Shown here: positions 51,416-64,000 of the stretch, piece after piece
Layout: every line of letters starts with the position of its first letter
Position numbering within the stretch: position 1 is the first letter of the stretch
Assembly: GCF_963921235.1 (NCBI RefSeq)
Contig: NC_086097.1
Span: 239,136,001-239,200,000 of the forward strand
Reading direction: 5' to 3'
From: Mobula hypostoma
Taxonomy: Eukaryota
Length of the DNA stretch: 64,000 nt
Program-made: the position numbers and the translations under genes
Notes under the pieces: model-generated
The model's input: only the letters and a program-made list of their open reading frames with translations
The model's database searches: none
Told to the model about the DNA's origin: nothing

Positions 51416-51740
51416 AAGGAGGGATTGGTTTAGTTAGGCATTTAATTACTAATTCTATTGAAGGGTCACAGCCCAAAACATCGACTGTTTATTCCTCTCC
51501 TTAGATGCTGCCTGACCTCCTGAATTCCTCCAGCATTTTGTATCTGTTGGTCTGGATTTCCAGCAACTGCAGATCCTCTTATGTTTACAAGCAATAGTTT
51601 AATTAATTTAGCATAACATTAAGGGCCAAAGATGTGTTCCTGTGCTGTACTCTTCCATGTTCCATGTAAAGATATTGACCTGTTGACAACATGGGCAGAG
51701 CTCTAGCAGATAGAATTTAACCCTGATTTGTGTGACGTGA

Positions 51741-52200
51741 ACACGAGGAAATCTGCAGATGCTGAAAATTCAAACAACACACACAAAATGCTGGTGGCAC
51801 GCAGCAGGCCGGGCAGCATCTATAGGAAGAGGTACGGTCGACGTTTCAGGCCAAGACCCTTCGTCAGGACTAACTGAAAGAAGAGATAGTAAGAGCTTTG
51901 AAAGTGGGAGGGGAGGCGGGGATCCGAAATGATAGAAGAAGACAGGAGGGGGAGGGATGGAGCTAAGAGCTGGAAAGTTGATTGGCAAAAAGGATACAAA
52001 GCTGAGGAAGGGAGAGGATCATGGGATGGGAAGCCTAGGGAGAAAGAAAGGGGGAAGGGAGCACCAGAGGACGATCTAATGAGAGGGACAGAGGGAGAAA
52101 AAAGAGAGAGAAAGAAAGGGGAAACATTTTAAAATAATAAATAAATAAATAAATAAGGGATGGGTAAGAAGGGAGGAGGGGCATTAACGGAAGTTAGAGA
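51741..52200 (-). mobile_element. Young PLE 3'-terminal insertion with HHR (51835-51872)
   Basis: 12-bp TSD TGTGTGA(C/A)GTGA at 51729-51740 and 52201-52212; starts TCTCTAACTTCCG. Confidence 0.87.
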
Positions 52201-52246
52201 TGTGTGAAGTGATGCATTTTTGGGAAATCTAATTCGTGCAGTAGGT

Positions 52247-52675
52247 GGCAGGGTGAAGATATATAAGGCACTCCTTTCCTCTGCAGGCCTGCAGGTCACA
52301 GTTGGGCAAGGAGTAGCACCTGCTTAACCCCCCAATCAGGGTCACGTGAAGGATGGGAGCAGGTGGTGGATGGTTGTATGAGCTGTTGGTACATATCACA
52401 AGTCCTGGTTATGCGACCACTGATGCCAGGCAGACTATCTCCGAAGAGTATTGATAATGGCTGGGGTCACCCGTCTTGTAAAGACACTGCCCAGAAGAAG
52501 CAAACCACTTCTGTAGAAAAAATTGACAAGAGCAATCATGGTCACGGATAGAGAAAAGAGTAAGTACAAACGTACTTCAAAGAGTATGAAGGGGGTCTTC
52601 CCAACAGGGAGATTAAAGACAGATGGAAGACCATGGTCACCCGCATCCTATGTCATGGCACGTAATGATGATTAT
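52247..52675 (+). mobile_element. RTE-derived non-autonomous SINE-like element
   Basis: Matches 38634-38985 and the 5' piece at 50905-50994; TAATGATGAT tail. Confidence 0.65.
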
Positions 52676-53089
52676 GAGGTATAGTTAGAGTAAATGCAAG
52701 CAGGCTTTTTCCGCTGAGGTTGCATAAGACTACAATTAGAGGTCATGGGTTAAGGGTGAAAGGTGAAATGTTTAAGGGGAACATGAGGGGAAACTCCTTC
52801 ACTCTGAGGGTGGTAAGAGTGTGGAATGAGCTGTCAGCGCAAGTGGTGGGGGGGATGCAATTTTGATTTGAATCTTCAAGAGCAGTTGCATAGGTTCACG
52901 GATCAGAAGGGTATGAAGGGTTATAGTCTGGGTGCGGGTCATTGAGACTTTGCAGCTTAAATGGTTTGGCATGGATTGGACTCTATAACTCTATCTTTAA
53001 CTTCCCTAATACAGTTCAGATATGGCATATAATGAATGAACGAATATAGTTCAACAGATACTCTGTAATCCTAAACATCAAGTTCTTTT

Positions 53090-53684
53090 TTTTATTGTTC
53101 TGCCAATAACAGAACAAACAAGACAAAAACAAACAGACAGACAGGGTCATCATAGGTGAAGTGAAATCCATATCCTATAATAGAAAAAATGAATAGAGAA
53201 ATGGGTTACATTGCAGTATCAAGGTTAACCAAACTCTTACGTCCATAAATGTCCTTCAAAATCTCAGGGGACCTTAAGATCCATGACTTTAAAGTCCATT
53301 CTGCAGGTTCCCTCACAGGAAGAAATAAAACAAAGTTCTTCAAACCAAATAAATGTACAATAAGATTTTGTCTTATTGGTTAGATGTGGTAACAGAGATA
53401 AGGTCAATAATCAGCCCAGTGTTAATTTTGACTTCAATGTTATTTATTTGGGTAATGTACCAAATGGGCTCAAAAGGCATGAAAGATATTTGTTACAAAT
53501 ACTACTAGCAGCCAGTGAGAAAGTGATTACCAGGAAATGGCGAAGCAAAAAGTCTCCTACAGTCCTGGAATGGATAGAAATAGTTCAAAAAATTTATGTT
53601 ATGGAACGATTCACTTTCTCTGTGAGACATGCCACTAAAAAATTTGAAAGATTCTGGGAAAATTGGACATTTTATTTGAACCTG
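53090..53684 (-). mobile_element. L1-clade insertion with 5' inversion
   Basis: Poly-T and 3'UTR on minus (53090-53419), ORF2 C-terminus on plus (53420-53684); 17-bp TSD AAACATCAAGT(T/A)CTTTT. Confidence 0.88.
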
Positions 53685-54429
53685 AAACATCAAGTACTTT
53701 TGTGGTCGCTACGCGTCAATAGGAAGAAGGGCAACTGTTTGCTTAACAAACTAAATAATTAGCTTGAAGTGCTGGACCCCGTCCACCATATCTTGAAAGA
53801 GAAGTCATATTAGCTTCTAGTTTCCAGATCAAGAAACAGAAGCAATAGTGTCGAATATTGGCTGATCATACTGAGAAAGTGTTGAGAAATAACCACAGAA
53901 AATACCAAAGCAGCCCACACAAAATGCCAGTGGAACTCAACAGAGGAATACTTCAAGATATTCAGCATCTGCAAAATCTCTTGTGTTACAGAAATGACTT
54001 ACTAAATCTATCATTCAAATGGTTGAAATCTAAGTCCACATTGGAATGAACAATTCTGCAACTCTGAGGATGATGTTAACCAGTTTCCTTTCAAAGACGT
54101 TCTGACCTTGATATTTTATTCATTGATCTATGGAAAAGAATATTAAAGCTATTATGCATATATCAGGCAATTTGACCTTTTCTCAATTGAGAGAATTTCA
54201 AGAAATAATTGACAGCTCATATTTGCTCATTTTTCAAAGTAGAAAATGTCTAATTGCAGTTTTCAAAGTACAAAGTTCGAAGTAAATTTCATTATCTAAG
54301 TACATACATATAGGTCACCATCTACATCCATGAGATTTATTTTCCTGTGGGCATATCAGCAAATCTATATAGAATAGTAACTGTAACAGGATCAATGAAA
54401 GATCAACCAGAGTGCAGAAGACAGGCTAG

Positions 54430-55140
54430 CCCCTTTTGACATCAATGGGACTGCAGTCAAAATGGTGAGTAGTTTCAAGTTCCTCAGTGTGCATATCACC
54501 AAGGACCTCACCTGGATTGTACATACCGGCTAGGTGGTGAAAAAGGCACAACAGTGCCTCATTTACTTCAGATGGCTGAAGCAGTTCGGCATGAGTTCCC
54601 AAACCCTCAGGACTTTCTACAGGGGCATCATCAAGAGCATCCTGACCGGCTGTGTCATTGCCTGGTATGGGAACTGTACTATCTTCAATCGCAAGGTACT
54701 GCTGAGAGTGGTGCGGACAGTCCAGTGCATCAGTGGATGCAAACTTTCCTCTATTCAGGACATTTACAGCAGCAGGTGCGTAAAAAGGCCATTGAGCACC
54801 ATCAGGGACTCCAGTCACCCCAACCATCAACTGTTTCAGCTGCTACCATCTAGAAAATGATACCACAGCATTAAGGCCAGGATCAACAGGTTCCAAGACA
54901 GCTTCTTTCACCAGGCCATCAGATTTATCAATACACATTGATCTGATTGCATATCTGACTGTACATTGTATCTGACAATACATACATGTATACAAAACAA
55001 TTATGGATACAATCTTCGTGTTTGGGCAATATCCTCCCACATTTCCCTTCATTGTTTGTGCATTGTGATGGAGACACAACATAAAGATTTTTACTTTGTT
55101 GGATGTAAGAAATAAAATAAATACCTATACAAATACAAAT
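54430..55140 (+). mobile_element. Rex1/Babar 3' end
   Basis: Peptide KKAQQCLIYFRWLKQFG...HPNHQLFQLLPS; (ATACAA)n tail. Confidence 0.85.
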
Positions 55141-58100
55141 ATAACAAACCATGCAAGTCTATAGATGATTGGAAACTGCAAGACCTCTGTGAAACTGCAA
55201 GGCATACATATCATTGTGAGTTCAAATTACATTATATAGTGTGGAAATGACACACAAACTTCCATCATCGTTCTGTCTGATATTTCCAGTTGCATAATTC
55301 AAATTAACAAAACCTTATGCTGTCCATCAGGAAAACATCTCTAATCCATAATTACTGTTCCAATCAGAGGCACCATTTTGTCAAATACCTTAGCCCTGCT
55401 TCTGCGTCATGCCTCATTCCACTTTCCCTTTACTCCGAAGAAATGCTGATTCCTATTTCTCAGTTTTGCAAATTCAGTTTATGCCGGACATTAACTGACT
55501 CAAGCTCCAAACTCCTCTGACATAAATCTTCCTAAACTTGTGCTGTAGAATACTATGCCATTGTGTCTTTCATACCACAGTCAGTAGAGCTAACGCCCTC
55601 TCTGGCAGCAGACCGTTGGTGGTTATGGAACATCTAAACCAGTCACCAAACTTCAGAGACACCTCAACATTCAAAGTTCAAAGTTAATTTATTAACAAAG
55701 TTCATACATGTAACTATATCCTATTTTGAGATTCATTTTCTTGCAGGCATTTACAGGAAAAATAAGTGCAATAGAATCTATTAAAAATATTCATAAAGAC
55801 TGACAAATAGCCAATGTACAAAAGCAGACAATAAAATCAAAAGAAATAGATGCAGAATTAGGCTATTCACCTCATTCAGTCTGCACCACCCTTGCATCAT
55901 GGTTGATGTATTATCTGCCTCCACCCCCTATTTTCCTGCCTTCACCCTGATTATTCAAGAACCTATCAACATCCACTTTAAAAATACCCAATGACTTGGC
56001 CTCCACAGCTGTCTGTGGCAATGAATTTCACAAATTCACCACTCTCTGTCCAAAGAAATTCCTCCTCATCTTTGTTCTGAAGGGGCATTCATGTATGATG
56101 AGGCTGTGCTCTCTGGTCTTCTATGCTCCCACTATAGGACACGTGCTCTCCACATCTCGACCTTACAATATTAGATAGGCTTCAATGGGATCACCCCTCA
56201 TTCTTCCAACTCCAGCAAATAGAGGCCCAGAGCCATCAATGGCTCTGTCACAAACTGTGCAAATTAAATAAACAAATAAATAAATAACTCTGAAATCATG
56301 AGGTGTAAAGTGTCTTTAAAAGTGAATTTGTAAGTTATGAAATCAGTTCAAAGTGGCACTGAATGACGTTATCCACACAGATTCAGAAAACAGATGGTTG
56401 CAGAGTAATAACTTTTCCTGAACATGGCGGTGTGGGACCCAAGCCCTCTGTAGCACCTACCCGATGGAAGCAGTGAGACGAGAGCATACCCAGAATGGTG
56501 GGGGGTCCTTGATGACTGGTACTGCTTTCTTGTGGCAGCACTACCATATAAATGTACTTAGTGGTGGGGAGGGTTTTGCCTGTGATACACTAGGCTGTAT
56601 TCACTACTTCTCGAGGGTTTTCCATTCTTGCATATTGGTGTTTCCAGGCCATGATGCAACCAGTTTATATACTCTCCACTATTCATCTATAGAAGTTTGT
56701 CAAAATTTTGATCATATTCCAAATCTATGCAAACTTTTTTTTTAAATAAAGATGCTGTCAAGTCTTCTTTGTGATGGTACTGAAGTGCTGGCCCCAAGAC
56801 AGATTCTTTGATACGTCAAAGCTAAGGAATTTAGAACTACTGTTCACTCCTGTTTGCAATACTGGGTAAATGTTGAAGTATTTAAAAGTATTTTCAAGAT
56901 ATCTTTTTAGATCTTGCCCAACACCATATATTCACTTAGTTTGTAACTGAATTTAATTACATTATATTACACAGAGATCATTGTTGCTTTCAAAGTAAAA
57001 TGGCTAAGGAGGACAGCAATGTTATTTAAAATATTCATAATTAAATAGGTGAAGCAATATTTTACAGGTATTTAAAGTAAGACATTAATCACCTTAACAA
57101 AACTGAACAAGATGCCAAAAAGATGATTAACACTCTATGGCCTTTAGTTTGAAAAAAGTATGTCATGCAAGTGGAATTCATTTAGTGCCAGCACATTGTA
57201 AGAGCTCATCACAAGTTAAATCAGCAGAATTGTCTCCTAATGTCACAGCTGTCCAATCAAGCAATATACTATAATTGTTGCGAAGAGGGACATAATAATT
57301 GCAGAAAACTGGGGAAGGCAATCTGCAGTTGTTTCCAAAAAAATTGTTTTATCTGGTTTTATTTCAAAATCTGGTTTTATTTCAAAATCGATTTTAATGT
57401 CCATGAAAGCTTGACTAAATGTACTGAAGTCTGCCAAGTTTAAATATTAAAAGGGCTAAAGGTATTTAACAAGATGCAAAATTTACTTTATTTGAATGCT
57501 TTACATAAAATTATATCAAAGATAATTGCTTTTGGAAAACTTTGGAAAATATCTTTATTTTGGATGCTAAAAGAGATGATATGAATTTTTATTATCTATT
57601 TCTACCTCTTAAAAAAATTATTTTAACAGAAATAGCTTTGTAGGGTTGCATTTTACTATCATAGAATGATGTCTGGCAGTTGATTAATCTGCACTTTAGC
57701 TAATTAAATTTCAGCTGAAATCTGGTCCTTGTTTTTGATGTCTCAACTGAAAATGTGGCCTTGTTTCAAATTAATATAAATGCTTACAAATCACTTCTTT
57801 CTGAAAAGGGTCATCTGAGATCCATTATTGCCATTGACTCTTTCATTACCTATAAAATTTTGATAAGCAATTGATAATTACTTGTATCTAAATATATCAA
57901 TTATACAAGAGCAGATTTCTTATTAGTGCACTTTAATAAGTAAGTATTCTCAACTCTGCAAACAAACATTTTCTCTGGTTAAGTGATTGAGTCAGTCTTA
58001 TTTCCATTCTTTGCATGACCATCTTGAGAATTCTGCTCTTCACTTTTGCCTCTGTTGTTTTGTTTGCCTTCTGCTTCTCCTCTTATGGCCAATCAGGAAT

Positions 58101-58661
58101 CTGCCAAAACTCATCTACTGCCTCATCTCTTTGCATATAGCTCCAAATTTTTTCACTAATCGTTATCCTGATTCTTTCTATGGAGGGCAACTCATAGTCA
58201 TTCTACATCCCCTACATCTTCAATCTCTCAGTGCTAGTCATATGTTCCCACCTGCTTCAAAAGGGTGACAATCAAACCAGTGCCCAGGATAGTCGGGTGA
58301 GCTGCCTGAATGACTATCGCCCAGTGACACTCACATCTTCTATGATGAAGTGCTTTGAGAGGTTGATCATGGCTAGAATCAACTCCTGCCTAAGCAAGGA
58401 CATGAACTAAGTGCAATTTGCTTATCATTACAACAGGTCTACAGCAGATGTAATCTTATTGGCTCTTCACTCAGTCTATGATTACCTGGGCAATGGTAAT
58501 ACCTACATCAGGCTGCTGTTTATTGATTACACCTCAATATTCAACACAATCATATCCGCATTTCTAATCAACAAACTCCAAAACATAGGCCACTGTACCT
58601 CATTCTGCAACTGGATCTTTGAGTTCTTCACTGGGAGACAACACTCTGTGTGGATTGGAAA

Positions 58662-60619
58662 CTGCTTGAAAAAGGCACTTTCTAATTGGTCGCTTTTCTC
58701 TTTATCATTGATTGGTCGAATTAATTCTATTAAAATGAATATTTTACCTAAATTTATATACCTTTTTCAAGCAGTACCTGTTTTTATTCCAAAGTCTTTT
58801 TTTGATTCTTTAGATTTGATTCTTTCTTCCTATATATGGAAGAGCAGAAAACCCTGATTAAATAAAGCCCACCTTCAAAAAATTAATAAGAATGGAGACC
58901 TTGCTCTACTCAATTTTAGGTTATATTATTGGGCAATTAACATATGAAATCTCACGTCCTGGTTATATTATATTAATCGTGAGGATCATCCAGTATGGGT
59001 CTTGTTGGAAGCCAACTCCGTTACGAAATTTTCTATTATCTCTCTTCTCGGATCCTCCCTTCCTTTATCTTTAAATAAATTAACTGACAGTTTGGTGGTT
59101 AAACCCACTTTAAGGATCTGGCTACAGTTTAGAAAACATTTCAGTTCTTTGAGATTTTCTCTTTCTAGTCCTATATTTTCTAATTTTTTTTATAACCATC
59201 CACGGCCGATCTGTTTTTGTTGGAGGGTATCTTTCTCCTTTTGAGCAGTTCTCAGTGAAATATAACTTATCAAATACCCACTTTTTTCAATATCTACAGA
59301 TTAGAGATTTTTTAAGATCTAAACTACATATATTTCCTACCAGCCCGGAAAAGAACATAATAGATGTAATTTTTAATTTGAAACCTTTTGATAATGACAC
59401 AATATCTTATATTTATGGTCTGTTGTTGGGACTGAGAATGGCTCCTTTAGACAAAATTTAAAAAGATTGGAAAAAAGATTTACAGACTTCATTATCTGAT
59501 GAGACCTGGAGGGCTATTTTCAAAATGGTTAATTCTTCATCATTATGTGCTCGTCATTCCCTCCTGCAATTTAAAGTGGTACAGAGGGCTCATATGTCTA
59601 AAGACAAGCTCTCTCATTTTTTTGCAGATATATCTCCTTATTGTGACAGATGTAATAATGGAGAGGCTTCACTAATTCATATGTTTTGGTCATGTTTGAG
59701 CCTCAAAAAATATTGGAAAGATGTATTCCAAACTTTTTCTGTACTTTTAATTTTAAGCCAAATCGTTTGACTGCCTTATTTGGTATTGTTGAGGAAAAAG
59801 CTATAATTTTGGAGCTTTCTCATTTGCGGGTACTGGCTTTTATTTTTCGAGAGACTCTGAGACTCTGAGACTCCGGAACTTTTACTGTGCCATGGTCTGT
59901 TCTTATCAAATTTCGGTATTGCTTTGCACTGCTGTAACTATATGTTATAATTATGTGGTTTTTGTTAGTTTTTAAGTCAGTTTGTCATGTGATATCATTC
60001 TGGAAAAACATTTTTATCATTTCTTAATGCATGCATTACTAAATGACAATAAAAGGAGACTGCGTGTTCTCATAATCATAATCATATCATATTTCTCTTA
60101 TGGTTAGGAGGGCGATTTTGCTTAAATGGAAGGAGGTTGCCCCTCCCACACATGCTCAATGGTTATGCGATGTTATGTCATGTATAAATATAGAGAAGAT
60201 TCGTTGTTCGATTTCTGATTCTAATCAAGATTTTCAAACATGATGGGGACCCTTTCTGAACTATTTTGAAAACCTTTGAATTGTTATTGTTATTAAAATA
60301 TAGATCTGGGTTATTATTATAAAACACTATATGGTAAAGTACTCTTTTTTTTTGTTTTTTTTTTACCAACCAGCTTTGTCTTGGTAGTGGGTGTAGATTT
60401 TTTTTACAATATAATTAACCATATTATTGTATTTCATAGTTCAAATTATTTTATTTGATTGATCATGAAAATGGGATACTATGATTGTATCAGTGTGATT
60501 TATATATAGTGCATTACGTGTTACCTTATTTTGATTTATAATAAGTATCCTTATGAATTCTGTATTTATGTATATGAAATTTAATAAATTTAATAAAAAT
60601 ATTGGAAATAGAAAAGAAA
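58662..60619 (+). mobile_element. Degenerate 5'-truncated L1 related to 9230-10108
   Basis: Peptides LSLIGRINSIKMNILPKF and CDRCNNGEASLIHMFWSC; AATAAA tail; short GGAAA duplication. Confidence 0.88.
59850..60086 (+). mobile_element. LINE 3'UTR fragment (Rex-type) nested in the L1
   Basis: Interrupts L1 ORF2; AATAAA then (CATAAT)n tail; 5' end has a GAGACTCT triplication. Confidence 0.6.
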
Positions 60620-61759
60620 GGAAATTACATTTCCATTTCGCTGACAATCAACATTGGCACACCTCAAGGATGCGTGCTTAGCCCACTGTACTACTCACTC
60701 GACACACGATTGTGTGGCTAGGCAGAGCTCAAACGCCATCTATAAATTTGCCGACAAAACAACTATTGCTAGCAGAATTTCAGATGGTGACAATCAGGTG
60801 TACAGGAACAAGATAGATCAGCCGGTTGAGTAGTGTTGCAGCAACAACCTTGGACCCAATGTTAGTAAAAGCAAGCAATTTATTGTGGACTTTGTGAAGG
60901 GGAAGTTGAGGAAACACACACCAGTCTTCATCAAGGGATCAGAAGTGGAAAGACTGAGCAGTTTCAAGTTTCTGGACGTTAACATCTCTGAAGATCATTC
61001 CGGATTCCAACATATTGATGCAATGACAAAGAAGGCATGACTGTGGCTATATTTCATTAGGAGTTTGAGAAATTTGGTATGTCACCAAAGATACGGACAG
61101 ATGTTTCGGATGTACATGGAGAACATTCTAACTGGTTGGATCACCATCTGGTGTGCACAGGATCAGAAAAGGCTGCAGAAAGTTATAAACTCTCCCAACT
61201 CCATCATGGACACTTGGTTCTCCAACATCTAGGAAACCTTCAAAATGTGATCCTTCAAAAACGTCATTAAAGACCAACATCATTCAGGACAAGCTCTCTT
61301 CTCATTGCTACCATCAGGAGGAGGTACAGGCACCTGAATACACACACTCAACATTTCAGATTTCTGAACGGACAGTGAACCCATGAACACTGTCTTAATG
61401 TTTTTTTCCCTCTCTTTTTGGACAATTTATTTAATTTAAGCAATGCACACAAAATGCTGGAGGAACTCAGCAGGCCAGGGCAGCATCTATGGAAAAGAGT
61501 ACAGTCGACGTTTGGGCCAAGACCCTTCAGCAGGACAGAGAGAAAAAAACAGTTGTTCCAGCATTTATTGTGTGTTTTGCTCTTCAGATTTTCTCGTTTG
61601 TAATTTAATTTAAGTTTTCTTTATATATAATGTATATTACCTTATTGCAATTTACAGATTTTTATTTTTATGCATTGCAATGTACTACTGCCACAGAATG
61701 AATTTTCTTACATATGCCAATGATATTAATCGAGATTCTGATTCTGATTCCAAATGGTC

Positions 61760-61990
61760 CCAAACACCTATTCCTCCAACATGCCCAGATTCCTGCAATA
61801 GAGCACATACCCAGATTCAGGTTCAAGGCAATGCTCCAATTTAATGATCTAGAACACTACTCCAGGGCCATGTTCCAATCCAAGCTCCACATTTGTGCTC
61901 TAGAATACAACCCCAGATCCATTTTCCCATGCATGGTCCAGAGTCATGCTCTAGTCTGAACCTAGATTATTGTTTCTAGAACACACCCTT
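61760..61990. repeat. Degenerate minisatellite with alternating 25/26-bp subunits (51-bp period)
   Basis: CCA(G) anchors at 61760, 61785, 61811, 61836, 61862, 61887, 61913 and 61938; CTAG at 61849, 61900 and 61951. Confidence 0.7.
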
Positions 61991-62721
61991 CATGTGGAAC
62001 AATGACCACTGTTCAGTAAACTAATGACACCCTAGAACTTTTTTTTAATTGTCTAAGAAAATAAAGTTTATAGGATATCTATTCTGAAATTTCAGAAGAC
62101 GGCTGTTCACTGACATTATCCATAGCCTCAGAAAGATTCCTGTGACATTGAAGCTTCCACTTCAATATCTGCAAATAGATTATCCAAGGATCATCACTTG
62201 TGAGTTCCTGAGGTCCCAAGAATGACACCATCTGGAGCTTAGCCACCTGGCGATTAGCTCCTAGTAGGGGAGTAATGGCGGTAAGTTAAAGAGGGACATT
62301 CCAAGCAAAGAGCAATCGTGGGTTGGTGGAGGATCATGACATATCACAACAGCAGTGAAAGCAGGGAAAGGCTGCAGCAGTCTTGCATTCCATGTCACTG
62401 GACCCTGACCCGACCTGTCAAGGACCATGTGATAGCTGCTTGTGCATCGGTCTCCACAAGTTAAACAAAGTCACACACAGATGTTCTCCATTCAGGGAAT
62501 CCATTAAAATGTGCATACTGTTCCTTCTGACCAGTTTGAATTTTGCACACATCGCTGCTCAATCTGAAGATGACCTGAAGGGTCATTCAAAACTCTTTGC
62601 CAACTCTCTTGTGACCCTTTGCAGATGCACTTGTGCTGCATTTCCCTACATTAATCTAATGGCTAAACCTGTGTCAGCACTTAATCCACAGGATATGCGG
62701 GAATGAGATGCACTTGTTATA

Positions 62722-62789
62722 CAGTACTGTGCAAAGGTCTCAGGCACATTATATATAACTAGGGTGCCTAAGATTTCTGCGCAGTATTG
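62722..62789. mobile_element. 68-bp Tc1/mariner-type MITE
   Basis: ~26-bp imperfect TIRs CAGTACTGTGCAAAGGTCTCAGGCAC / GTGCCTAAGATTTCTGCGCAGTATTG; TA on the left side. Confidence 0.75.
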
Positions 62790-63384
62790 GTGTTTTATAT
62801 TCTGTGATTTTCACTCTTTTTTTTCCATTTGCGTGATTTATTATTTTGCACATTGGGGGTTTGATGTTTTTCTTTGAATGGGTTCCAAGGTTTCTCTTTG
62901 TTCCATGACTGAAGCAGAATCTCAGGGTTGTATATTGTATACATACATTAATAGTAAATGTTCTTTGACTCTTTGAACAAACAATACAACCTACGGATGT
63001 GCTGGAGACAGCTCGCAAGTGTCGCCACACATTCCGGCACCAACATAGCGTGCATATCATGCTCAGCAGAACAGCAATAACAAAACAACAAAACCCCTAT
63101 CCTCCCACCCACACACTCACACACAGAGACCTTCCTTTAACCCCAGGACAGGCTGCCTCCAAGACTTCAGTCTCAGTTGAACTCCAAGACGAGGAAATGT
63201 TGGGCCTCTGATTTCCCCAGTGAACCCGTAGACTTCTCACTGATCCTGTTAGCCAAAGAGCAGAGAAGCCTAAAGTTCCACACCACCATGTTCAAAAGCA
63301 GTTAGGTTCCGACACTCATCAGATTCTTGAACTGACTTGTATAATCCTAACGCTACCTCAGCCAAGGTATTCGATGGACATTAC

Positions 63385-64000
63385 ATAGGCTACCGTCCAT
63401 GTGGCTATCTAAACATCTCTTAAATGCCTCCAATATATCTGCCTCTGCCACCATCCCAGCAGCACATTCCAGGCACCCACCATTCTCTGTGTAAAAAAAT
63501 TGTTTGTCACATCTCCTTTGAAATTACCCCCGCTCAACTCAAATGCATTCCCCGGTATCAGACATTTCCACTGTGGGGAAAAGGTACTGTCTGTCTACTC
63601 TATCAATGCCCCTTGTGATCTTATAAACCTTGATCCTCTCAGGTTCTGCCATTTGAAAGAATGCAACCCAAGTCTACCCACACTCCCGTTAATAGAACAT
63701 GCTCTAATCCAGGCAGCATCTTCTCTGAACCCTCTCCAATGTCAGTATATCCTTTCTAAAATAAGGAGCCCAAAAATGCACCCAAGACTCCAAATGTGGT
63801 CTCACAAGTGTCTTATAGAGCCTCCTTGCTCTTACAATCTATACCTTTAGAAATGAATGGCAAAATTGCATTCATCTTCTTCACCACTGACTCAACCTGG
63901 AGGTTAAACTTCGGGGTATCTTACACAAGGACTCTCAAGTCTCAAGTCTCAAGTCTCTCCCCATCTAAGTAATAATCTGCCCATAAGGGTATGATCATTG
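63385..64000 (-). mobile_element. Old CR1 3' fragments
   Basis: Reverse complement resembles the CR1 C-terminal region. Confidence 0.7.

Larger units (their letters stand above)
58150..61750 (+). mobile_element. Rex1/Babar LINE split by an L1; PLE tail fragment at ~61440-61600
   Basis: Peptide QFAYHYNRSTADVI; RT resumes at 60620; (GATTCT)n tail at ~61733-61750. Confidence 0.82.

Noticed and set aside
55389..55532. Splice-site-bounded segment on the minus strand
   Set aside because: Stop codons occur in all three frames.
57351..57390. 18-bp tandem duplication within overlapping short ORFs
   Set aside because: Simple slippage duplication; the ORFs have no recognisable features.
58411..58857. 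148-aa ORF joining two RT-like parts
   Set aside because: Chance in-frame junction of Rex1 and the inserted L1, both otherwise full of stops.
61760..61990. CRISPR-like array
   Set aside because: There is no invariant repeat with unique spacers, the subunits are mutually similar, and no cas genes are present.
62574..62606. HHR-like CTGAAGA-TGACC..GGTCA motif
   Set aside because: It lacks a properly placed GAAA and stem I; at most a decayed or chance match.

Overview
This is vertebrate nuclear DNA. The repeat families and a V-SINE/HE1-like core suggest a cartilaginous fish, probably a ray; that is inferred, not proven. It is almost entirely transposon-derived and deeply nested, and I could not confidently identify a host gene. 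Contents: several CR1 LINE subfamilies (two young copies about 99% identical, one with an open RT-to-C-terminus frame), Rex1/Babar LINE remnants, three L1 3' fragments, and many Penelope-like (PLE) 3' ends carrying minimal hammerhead ribozyme (HHR) motifs. It also holds three solo LTRs, a Tc1 element with ~200-bp TIRs, a Chapaev3-like deletion derivative, a V-SINE, RTE-derived SINEs, a tiny MITE and two degenerate minisatellites. The most interesting signals are: (1) a recurrent ~100-nt TSD-flanked unit that starts exactly at the hammerhead stem I; (2) an L1 with a reconstructable twin-priming 5' inversion; (3) a 367-bp locally templated copy of a dead CR1 segment; (4) insertion stacks whose order can be resolved from TSDs. 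All alignments and counts were done by eye, and the boundaries of old elements are approximate.
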